NCBI RefSeq assembly: GCF_009834535.1
Contig: NC_045708.1
Location: 49,538,001-49,602,000 of the forward strand
Source: Camelus ferus
Taxonomy: Eukaryota
Direction of reading: 5' to 3'
DNA: 64,000 nt
This document shows, one piece after another, positions 39,601 to 51,600 of the stretch. Positions within the stretch are counted from its first letter, which is position 1; each line of letters starts with the position of its first letter. The notes under the pieces were generated by a model. The model was not told the DNA's origin. It made no database searches and saw only the letters and a list, made by a program, of their open reading frames with translations. Position numbers and translations under genes: made by a program.

Positions 39601-42600
39601 ATGNNNNNNNNNNNNNNNNNNNNNNNNNNNNNNNNNNNNNNNNNNNNNNNNNNNNNNNNNNNNNNNNNNNNNNNNNNNNNNNNNNNNNNNNNNNNNNNNN
39701 NNNNNNNNNNNNNNNNNNNNNNNNNNNNNNNNNNNNNNNNNNNNNNNNNNNNNNNNNNNNNNNNNNNNNNNNNNNNNNNNNNNGTGTCTTCTCTTGGCTT
39801 CTGTCTCAGTCCCCTTCCTGAGTTCTCTTGCCCTTTTCATTCTGCCCCTTGCAAGGCTCTGTTATAGCTAGCCTCCGCTTTCTCTCGCTGCTGCTCCCAG
39901 GCTGGTTTGCTATTTCTTGCTTCTCTCCCTCTGGCACCCTCAGTCTTGTCCTTTTTTCTTTCTCTAAAGCTCCTCCCACCCTGCTGTTTATTGTCTCGAG
40001 GCCCCACCGCTGCCTTAGGCTTCTCTGCGTTTCTAGGGACCACCAGTTTAAATCTCAAGTAGACCATGCGTCCCAGTGCCCGACACAGCACTGGCATGCA
40101 GCAGGTGACTGAGTATGTGCTGCGTGAATGAGCCCAGCTGGGATTCTGTGGACTCACTGACCCTAAGTCAAGGCTTTGTACCTGAGTCCTCCGAGTCCTC
40201 CTTCACTGCCACCATTCCCTGTCACATCAAGATATTTATCAGCAGATGTGCCCTCTTCGTTCCTCAGTTGGAAATGCCATGAATGGATCACTGGTCATGA
40301 TTTTAGGGAAAAGGAATTATTTAATTTCGATTTCTTAGTAAATAACACAGACCTGTTTGGAAAAAATTCGAAATAAATGCATGTTCTCAGAAACAGGGTG
40401 TATAGCTTCACAGGTAATTGGAAATTATTAGCCAACTGCTAATTTTACCATTTGGAAATGTTCCTCAAGTCTTCTCCATGTACTATGGCCACCAAACTTT
40501 ACGAACTCTGTATCAAACCAATGCCTTAGGAGTCCAAGTTGCTGTTTGTATTCAGTCCCTAGACATCTCAACCTGATTTTCTTTCAAACTCAGACAAATT
40601 TTAAGACCTTGTGTCTGTGGACCTAGTCCACTTTTACGTGGCTGATTTAGCTTTCAAATGATTGCCTTTTGAATATCTGAAGTTTAAATTTAAGGCTTCA
40701 CTAATGCGGTTCTACGAACTGCAAGCGCTGGTGCACCCGCTTAACGCTTATAAACCACCTGGCCAGCGCAAGGGCTACACAGCAGGCTTAACGTACTGAT
40801 GCTTGTTTAATTTCTGTTTCTCAAAATCCAACGAACCCCATCTCCAGTGACAACGCTTTTGAGGTTCTGTGTGCAGAGGTTTTGTGGCAGGGCTGCGTGT
40901 ATGAAGGTGGGCTTGCCTTGCCAGCCACGGGCTGAATAAGCCCCCACCCCAGCCCCACCGAGCTGTCTGTCGCGGTGTCCGAGGCTTCAGGCAGCTGTGT
41001 GTGATGATATCATTCTAACCCAGAGACAAACTCCGATCTGTGCAGCATACACTCAGTGTTTTCTGAAGCGGTTCAGATTTCCATCCGCCCCTAGACTGGG
41101 GGCAATGGAGGTTACATCCGTCACCATGAGATCTCTGCCCATCTTGAACATGTGTGCAGGAAATGGTCCAGATTTGGAACTGTCAGCAGTGCATACTCTG
41201 TGTATTGATGACTCCCAGAAAGGCTTTAATCTAGGGGAATATATGGTGGTGCCAGACTTCTCGGGTTTGTATTAAAAGTACAACCGTTTTTATTCAGTCT
41301 CTTTGGTGTGTCCTGGTGTCTGTTCTCAACCCCGTAAATTAAGTGCGGGCTGAATGAGGACTAGATCCACATCATCCCTGGTGCCTGGGATGTGTCCTCC
41401 TCCTTCTCCCTTCTTCTCCTGACCCAGCCACACTGGCCTGCTGAATAGAGCCTCATTATGGGCCCCAAAGTCCGCTCTTTGCTTCAGGAACCCTGCCAAG
41501 ATTGGTAGGCCCTACAATTTGGCCTAGAAATTGTTTCTTCTCTGGTATGTTTGCTGACTCCATGTGATTCTTTATATGTGTCTTGAAGAACAAACAGATC
41601 CTTTAACAACTTTTTTCTACATGAAAACAATCAATTCCAGCAGCCCAGCCCACATGAACCACCCTACAATAACAAAGCAGAGTGCGCGCGTGAAGGAGGA
41701 AAAAAAGTTTCGGTAAGGAAACAGATTTTAGTTTAAAATTTCCAAGGGGTTTTAGAAACAGTGAGTAAAATCCCAATTTGAAATTTAAAAAAAAAAAAAA
41801 GTGTTTAAGAAGACTCTCTCTTGGGTAGTATTTCCCAATGACTTCTTGACTACCCGGGGCCAATTCTTAAATCAATCATGTAGACTGTATATATTGACAT
41901 CTGAATATACTTTTAAAGAGTGATCAGGCAGGAAAGACATGTGATTTCTTCAGCTTAGACGAAGGACAGGGATTCAAACTTTAAAAAGAATCTGTTTTCT
42001 ATAAGAAAGCTTTGACTATTTAACATAGACAATTCAATACAAATTGAGTAGTCATTTGTTAGAATAAGCATGATTTCAGTAAGATCAGGAATTTGGCAGG
42101 ACCTCGGCCTGTGGGAACCAATGCGCTTAACCAAAGGATGTCATATCAGGGATGCTGATCCTGGTGCAGAATATGCAACAATTCTAGTTGTGTTATCCAA
42201 TATGGTAGCCAGATAAGGCTATTTAAAATTCAGTTTCTCAGTCGCATTTGCCACATTTCAAGTTCTCCATAGCTACTTGGGACTAGTGGCTACCATGTTG
42301 GACAGCACACATATAGAATGTTGACGTCTCCACATACAGTTCTGTTGGGCAGTCCTATGCTATAGGAGTATTTACAAAGTGAGTAAGTGTAGCTCAATGG
42401 CAAAAACATAATGTTTAGGCAGTATATCGTGTGTCATTTGCACTTCTTGCCAAAGAACACTATGAGACCACGAGCTGCCCTTGGAAAAGAGGAGTATCCA
42501 CAGCGAAACTGAAGAACTTTGATGAATGTACAATTGAACATAATTGATGCTGTGTTTATGGACTTAGTCCATCATGTTACCTGAGAGCAGATATGGCTGA

Positions 42601-45600
42601 CCAAAGTACAATAGCTATTAAGACATGATCAATATTGCTGTGACCCTCAATTATCTTTAAAGAACAATCATGTATTTAAGTTGCAGAAGCTATTCGCACT
42701 AGTTGTGGAATTTTAGAAAATAGAGAAAAGAAAGAAATAAAAGAATGTATAACTTCTGCTCCAAGAGAAAAACCACTGCGTATATGTTAGGGAATAGCCA
42801 ACGTTGCTTTATATATTAAGCCTAGTTTTTAAACAGCATTTCCCCACTTACATTCTTTCTTGCTTTTTCAATGTTTTCCAATTGAAATTCAATAGAGTCA
42901 TTATCTCCACCACCATCGCTGTGATGGTGATAACCACTTAAAAGGTTAAACGAGGACAATTATTTCTTCCTTGAAGTCTGACCAGAAGAATTTCAACCAG
43001 ATTCTGGCTTATCTTTAACTTGATAATATCTACTTACAAAACCAATTATATTTGTAAGAATTCACTAATATGAATGAAGCCAAATTGTCAGTTCCTCTAA
43101 TAAAGTTCTGTGTGTGTGTGCGTGTGCTCTGAATATTTGCCCAAGAGAATGTGTTGTTATGATTTGTTGTTTTTTGTATTTATGTTTAAAATGCTTCTAT
43201 TTTAAAAGAAAATTTCTTTTTATAGGCTTTGATTTCTCATTATCTTTATCTTCCATTGGTTTCCATGGAAACCGGGAAATTTTTTCACTCAGCCCAGATC
43301 TAGAAAATTGAAAACATTGAGGGACTTTTTATTCATAATGTTGGATATATGTTATCAGGAAAAACACATACACATACACACACATACATCTATTTTGTTG
43401 TTCAGCTGAGCATATCAACTATCTTGGTTTTGAAGGGCTTTGGTTTTGGAAGTGAGATTATTATGGAAGCAAACACTACAAAACTTTAAACAATTTGAAC
43501 TCAGTAATTTATTTAATCTCTTTGGGTTTTAGATAACAATTCTTTGTACTGAAGAACTGTTTAAAAACTAGAAGTTCTATTAATAGCAGTATGTACTGAT
43601 CACAAAATTTATGAGTTTAGTTCTTTGCAGCCAGCTTAGTTCATTTGATTTCCCATTATTATACATTAAATTTGTATTTTGAATTTATTACATACACTTT
43701 CTAAGAAGGATTTGGAGAATTTTTCAAAGAAGATACATGCAAACAGATTGGTATGGTAGAAACTTAAAAAGAAAGCAAATGTGACAGAAAAAAAATAGGA
43801 ACCATGCCATTCACCATGGGAGAGATTTTTTATTATGAGATGGCACATTATTTAATGGACTATGTCCTCCAAATTAGCTTCATAACTTATACAGGTACAG
43901 AGTTGATGTGGCAGGTATTTCAAACAACCTTTGTTCAAAAAGGAAAGGCTATCATTGAAGCACTAATTCAATGAAGGCAATTCCACGAGAAGGATAAAAT
44001 GGTGTCATCTGACAAAGTATGTACTCTCTGTCAGGAGCAAGACAAAGAGGAAGAGAGGCGCAGGCCCTCTGCATTCCAGGATGCGGGTCGGTGGAAGCAG
44101 GGCAGAGCTCATGCATTTGTAAATTCTGGTGCGGTGGCAGTGTATGGGAAGAGAGCGAGAATGAGCCCAGTGTCTGTCCCTTACGCAGTAGTCACCCTCA
44201 CTACACTACTGCTAGTTCTTAGAATGCCCAGCAGCATTCAGTAAGTATTAATCAGTGATAATGCTTCCTAGGTTACCTCTGAGTTGGTTTTCTGGTGATC
44301 CTATGTGCATAGATGAAAAGCTTTCTTCTCCTACTTGTTTGTCAAATTAAGTCTTAGCTGTTCACACTGTAGTTCAACTGGTCTTCATTTGTGATTACAA
44401 AATTAGGTGTCCTGTCCTTAAGCCTCCTCGTGCGTCACCATTTGATGTGTGTTGTTGTGAGATCTGACGGTTCTCAGTGACATACCATTGCTCTGTGTGC
44501 TAAATACAGGCACGTTGTTGAACGGACTCTCCATTACCAACCTGATTTGCGTTTTTGTCCTTTGCTCATGAAAATCAGAGAATCCCAGCAATTTCCATTT
44601 GGATGATGCCATATCCTTGCTCAAGTGCTTATGGCCACACAAGTCATGTTTGTACTAGAGGCCAAAATAGAACTTTAAAAATAATCCTGAGAGAGCAATG
44701 CTGATACGCAGTCATCTTGCGATGATGTATGCTCATGAAGGCATAGGATGCCTGGATGATGGGAATTCATGATTAATCCTCAAATTCCATTTTAATAATT
44801 TGATAAGAAAAGCCACTCGAAAAGAATACCAACACTTCTTAATACCTACATGTTGAGTTAACTAATTCAGAGCTGATTTCCTTTATATTCTATCAAGGGG
44901 ATGGTTAGGAAAAGGTTGAGTCAGGAAAACTAAAAGGTTGAGTTAGAAAAACTAAGATTAGTTAATGACTTGGATAAATACTGTTTGGCTGTGTTGGAAC
45001 TAATTGTATATGAGAGCAACAGGGAAATCAAAATGTTGCCATTTCAACATGTATATACATCTGGTTATATCCTCTGAAGCTATAGAGGATTAAATTATAA
45101 TGTAGGTGCTGCTGTTCTTCAGTAATTGAATAAAAGTTGAACAGCTAGTTGTTCATATCCCCATGCTTAGATATCCTATAATCTTTCATGAAATAAGTAT
45201 GTAAGCTCTTTTATGCAGTGTCACGGCAGCTCAGTTTACCATTCAGTTACACCAGTGTGGTTGCTTAGAAGGCCGGTCTAATTTGTCTCCCAGTGCTGAA
45301 TTTTGATAGCTCTTGCTAAATACAGATAAGAGTTAAGTGGTCTTTGTTCCTTTTCTTTTCACTCAGATGTTTCTTCTCTAAATGTATTTTCAAATTTATT
45401 ACAGAAGAAAAGCAATGGGGCACCAAATGGATTTTATGCAGAAATTGATTGGGAAAGATACGTAAGTATCAGAAGATTGTCTTTATAAATATTTCAGAAT
45501 GTGAAAATGAGTTGAGGCATTCTTATATTTAAAACAGGACATGGGAATAAGTAAAACATCTCATTAAGGAGTGCCTGGCACCATTAACATTGTATAGAGA

Positions 45601-48600
45601 TTAAGAGCACTAGATTCCGTTAGACCTGGGTTCAAGACCTCGCCCCTCCACATGTCAGCTGTGTGTGGCTTTGGGATAGTTATTTGTCAGCCAGCAAAAA
45701 TGAAGCCAGTAGTTACTTTATAGCATTGTTGCAAGGATTCAATGAGCAAATTATCTGCAGAATATTTCAGTAGCCTGCTTACCCTGTAATGTGTTCAAAG
45801 AACACTTTTTTAAATGTTAACTCCAGATGTTTCAGTTCTGGCTATATTTCTAAGCAGCTTTGAATATTGAAGCAAGTCAATTAATGTCTGGGCCTTGGTT
45901 TTGTAATGTCTTAGCCATTTGGGCAGCCATACCACAATATCAAAAATTGAATGGCTTATAAACAACAAACATTTATTTCTAACAGTTCTGGAGTCTGGGA
46001 AGTCCAAGATCATGGTACCAGCAGGTTCAGTGTTGAGTGCCCCCTTTCTGGTTCATAGAAGGCAGCTTCCAGCTACAACCTCACTGGGGAGGCTCTGTTA
46101 TAAGGACAGCTTTTGCTGTCCCCAATCCATCCTGAAGCGTACTTCCAACACCTGCAGATTGTGCTTTCAGCATGGCCTCCCCTAGTTGAGAAGCTGCAGT
46201 AGCTGTATCCTGTCCAGGCTCTTCCCCCAGCATGTTGGCCCACCGGTCTTATTTTCCAGGGTCTCCCACCACACAGCTTCCTTTCCAGGCACGCCATCTT
46301 CACTGTTGCCTCTGCCTTTCCCCACGTGAACCATACTGCCCATTCCTGCCTTGGTGCCTTAGTGCAGCCTCTTCCTTACTTCTGACTCCCCTCTGCCCGA
46401 TCCATCTGGACCAAGAGGTACATGTAGACTCCCTGACTCTTCTAAACCTCACTAATTTCCTCTCCTTTCAAACTCCTATCACTGATGTTTTGTGGTTTGC
46501 ATATTTTTTAACTTTTCCTACCAAAATACAGACAAAAGATAATTTGCACTTTGTACCCCCCCTACACACACACCATGTTGCTTAACTTAGTCCTTGGTTT
46601 ACAGGAAATGTGTGATAAATTCTCTCTGAATGTTTTCTTTCATTGACAGTTGATCCCTAGTTGATTTTCCCAGTAGGAAGACTTTGCAAATATCTCTGGG
46701 TGAATATCTAAACATATACTGCTCAGCAGTCACCTCCAAAAGTTAAAATCCTCACCTCCTAGAATAAGGAGGCATGTCTCCATCTTTAAGTAGAAGGCTC
46801 TTGAAGGAAAATGAATCATTCCTTTATCATTGTCAGGATAATAATTGCTTAATGTGCGCTTGTATTTTATAGAACTCACCTGAGCTGGATGAAGAAGGCT
46901 ACAGCATCAGACCTGAGGAACCCGGCTATATCCTTTCTTTATTGTTTTAATTGGAATTTTGGCTTTCTCTCAGAAAGCACTATGACAGATTTCGGTTTTG
47001 TAAAAGTGCCGAAACCCAAGCTTCCCTAGTATTAGAGATGAATAAACAGCACAGAGAACAGCCTGATCACTAACAAGCAGGCATTCTGCCTTGATCTATT
47101 CATAGAAAAGAGAGAGGAGGAGGAGAAAATTGTGCTGGAAAACAATTGTACAAATTGTAGGTACTGGATTGTCTGCTAAAACCTGATGTGGCAATGCCAC
47201 TTATGGTGGCTGGAAAACAGCCCTTACTTATGTTTTCCCCACGGATCCTCTCTGCTCAGAGAGCAGGTCACACCCTGAAGCACTTTAAACTCATCACAGT
47301 TTGTCCTCAGAGTGGCCCTCCTCTCTCCATGGGAAGAGGACATTTACGTGGGCCTTGAAATTCACCACCCTTAGCTGTGTTCCAAGGAAAGGGGAATAAA
47401 TTCTAACCCTTTCCTGCTTTACTTTCAAATTTTTGTTTGTTTTGTTTTGATTTTCTGCTATCTACGGATACTTCCACTGACTCTCAGTATGATTGCTCTT
47501 TCTTATACTCACCGTTGCCTCCCAGTAGAAAAAAGAGTCATGTATCTTTAACTGTGTTCTACCTACCAAAGGAAAGCACTTTTATTCTTCGAGCGAATCG
47601 GAAGAGGAAGAAGAATCACACAAGAAATTTAACATCAAGATTAAGCCATTGCAATCTAAAGACATTCTTAAGAACGCTGCAACGGTGGATGAACTGAAGG
47701 CATCAATAGGCAACATTGCACTTTCCCCATCGCCAGTGGTGAGTGGTTTTTTTTATGTCAAGCTTTGGTGAGGCTGGACAGACAGCTGCATTCTGCCCAT
47801 ACACGTTCAGCAGATCAGAAACTCCTTAAACTGAAGGCTGCATATGGTCACCATTTTATGAACTCTGTAAACCTGAAACAGCTCATTCTAGCTATGGAAG
47901 GCAATGCTCATTTTATATTGCAACTCCTGTACTTTTGAAAATGGTCAAAATGACTGAGACCACATTTCTTTTTGACTTATTCTCCTGCAAACATTTTTCA
48001 AAGAAGGAAAAAAAAATAACATAAAGATTATCCGGATATACTTCTGAAACAATTAGAAACAATATGAAGTTTACATACTTACTAATAGAGATTTTTTAAA
48101 ACATAAAAAAATCAAAAACAAAAAATTAAAACAATATATCATCCTCTTTTATGAAAGAACACATAAAAACTCATGGAAGGGAAACAAAGGAAATTGCTGT
48201 TTTTCAGGAAAAAACCTTCTCATTGTTAATGCTTCAAAAAGAACTATTAACCTAATATCATAGATCATAGGCTGAAAAGATATAAAAACTCACAATCTTC
48301 ATTATATTTTATTATCAAATTGTCTTAAATACTCTTATAATTTAGGCACCTCAAATACAGGTATACTTTATTTATATTAAACAAATTGGTATTTTTCTAC
48401 AATTAGTACTTCCTTCTCCAATTCTCATCTACTAAATTCCTCCAGTTGCAGAATTCTGAGTTCCAACATTTACAGTGTTTTCTCTGTAGAGTTTGATAAA
48501 TGCTGCAATTGTTTTCTAAAAATAGCTGTGAAGAGCAGATGAAGGCTCTCCTACCAGCAGCTAATACGTTCTTGGCTTCTTGGCATCTTCTTTAGAGACA

Positions 48601-51600
48601 CGTGATCTCCCCGCGACATTTCCCATGAACGAGGTAGTTAATACCTGCAGAACCATTTTTGAGATGCTCTGGAAATACCTCAACCAGCCTTTCTAAAGGA
48701 GTTGTAAGTCACCTGTCCTTTGGGAATAACCATTGCCTGCCTGGTGTGAACCGAGTCTATAACGATGCCTTTTTTAGTGCTTAGTGCTTATAATGGCCTT
48801 TACCACTATTGTTAAGAGTCAACTAACATGACAGCTAATAGTAATCAACCACAGCAAATAGTACATCAGGTAATTTTTAATCATATACTCACTTGCCTTC
48901 TTAAGATGTATTGTTGAAAAGGGAGGCATGAAATACATGCTTTTTCTTTCCCTTCTGCAATGGAGAGTGCAGATTTTAAACTCACACATTGGTCTGTCAT
49001 GCAGGTGATTTCTAGCAGTAGGGGCATTTTAAATGCACACACTTTCATTTTTCAGTTGATATCCTTCAAATCATTTTTTTACTTACTAAAAATTTTTTTT
49101 ATTAATTGGGAAAATGTATTTAAACGCCTGAAACCAATTTATATCCACTTCTTCATGGAATGTAATAAACTTAGTGGGCATTTGGAAGCTACGTGGATAA
49201 TTGTAAGAAGGCAAGTTCATGGCATTAAATGAATAAAGTTACATGAAAGAAGACTTACCAGAACAATCTCAGACATGCAATATAAATTTGCTGAAAGCTA
49301 GTTGAATCTACGAAAGAAATCCCTTCTATCAGAAAGATGTGTGCCCAAGTCATCTGGTAGTTATTCCTCCAACCAGATATGATGCTGCTGAGGGGGCAGC
49401 AAGAAGACTGGTTGTTACTCTGAGCTCTGCCCAGCACCTATTTTAAAGTGATATATTGACATGATGTGGTTAAGACTGATAAAAAGCTTCTAGGGAAATC
49501 GTGTGAAAACTAGATGGCGACACTCAGAGAAAGTAATCACAGAGTTAGGCTGTTTCTGCAGACCAGGAGCACCACAAACCAGGGGAGCCCAGGACCCCCT
49601 ACCACTACTGCCCTGCACTCCCAGCCGGCTCCCTCTAATGTGAGAACCTGGCTCTGCCATTACTATGATTCCCAAATATTTGTGATTTTGACACTTAATG
49701 TAAGAAAATGAGCAGTTATTGCTACTTTAGGGAAAGGTAAGCCTATTTCTGGGTAAACATAAGGGTAAAGAGAGATTGTAACTGAAAAAATATTCTTGGC
49801 TTTAGGATGCTTGCCCTCTTCTAGATAATCCATGCGAACCTATATTTCTCAAATGACAAATATAAAACCTTATCTCCAAATCCAGATAAATAGAAATAAC
49901 CTTTCAAAATCCAGTTAGTGCCATAATAAAAATGAGGAATGCTTTGTACAACTTTTTTTTAGATGTTTCCAGCCAAATAATCAGACATTCATACATCTAC
50001 GCTTAATTCCAAAACTAAAAGAGAAATAGGACCTACACCAGCTAATGATATATCAGAATATTTTATTGAGGCTATGGTTCTTATGCTACAAAAGCATCAA
50101 TCATTACACTAACAGAAATTCCAAGTGGTAAGCTATTCATAACAATGGCTTATGGTGAATTTCTTTTTTTTCAATTTTAATTTTAATTTTAATTTTTTTT
50201 TAATTTTTGAGGGGGAGGTAATTAGGTTCTTACTTATTCATCCTTAATGGAGGCACTGGGAACTGAACCCAGGACCTCATGCATGCTAAGCACTCAGTCT
50301 ACCACTGAGCTATACCCTCCCTTTATGTTGAATTTTTTATTTCTGTTTCTTTTGAAGAATTTTAAGAAAAAGTTGTGTTTCACTTGTTCTTTCCATCTAT
50401 CTATGAGTATGTATCAATGAATTGTAACCCATTTATCATGAATTGGTTTTTATTTTATTTAGATAGTTTTCCTCTACATGCTACATGATCAAATGACTCG
50501 ATAAATGAATGAAATGAGTGGATGGGTGGATGGATGAATGAATCATATATAGCTAAGTGTATATATAGTATAAACAAACCTATTTGAAAATTACTCCTCC
50601 TCAAAACAAAGCTTCAGCAATGTAGAAAATCAGAGCTTCATTGCTGGCAAAAATCCTACTGTATAAACAAATAAACGTAATTTCAGTCCAGATCTCACCT
50701 TGGCCCTTGATTTTTATATAGAAATCAAGTATAATATGGGCCAGAACAAGGCAGAGCATCAAAAAAAGAAGAGGGGAGGATGCAGAAGTTAACTCACAGG
50801 CAAAATATGTTCACTTCTAGTCTTATCATGTTGTCGTCTCCTAATGAGATACCACGCTGATAGGGTAAAGAAGGAAAATCACCCCAGTTTTGGTCATTGA
50901 TTTGGGATCTGTATGAGTTAAAATACAGGTAGAGCTACTTTAACAGAAACCAAAATGGTTTTGACTTTAACAAAGTAGATGGTTTACTTCTATCACACAA
51001 AAGAGTCAAAACCAGTACGCAGTCTAGATGCATAGTAGAGTCTTTCTCCAGGGGTTATTCAAGAACCAGGGGACTTTCTGTATTATTGCTCCACCTTTTC
51101 GAGGGTGCTGCTGCCTTATCACCATGAAACACCTCCATGTTCCAGCCTTGGGATGGAGGAAGGAGAACATAAAAGGCAAGTGGTTTCCTTTAAAGGTTTA
51201 AGTCAGAAATTGTACCCATCACCACCACCCAGATCCCATTGGCCATAACTTAGTCACATGGCCATATTATTTGGAAGAGAGTCTGGGAAATGTAGTCTTT
51301 GGCTGGATACACATATAACCAGCTAAAATTCAGGGTTCTGTTACTAAAAGACAAAGGAGTGAATGGATATTGGTGGACATTGACACAGTCTGTGCCACTT
51401 CTGTCCCATTTAAGTAATATCAGATTAATTTGGGGAATTATTGGGAAATGAGATTTTTTTCCCCCTATTTGTCTTAAAATTATTCCCAGAACCTATTGAA
51501 ACTAGGAAATTTCCTTTTAAAGATTTCTAGTCACTAATTTCTAAATACCAGTGACATTATGCTATGTGCTAGCCAGCAGCAAGGTGAAAAGAAACACATT

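Noticed and set aside
49385-49402. CTCF-like agggggcagc motif
   Set aside because: Only the right half of the motif matches; the CCASY core is absent.
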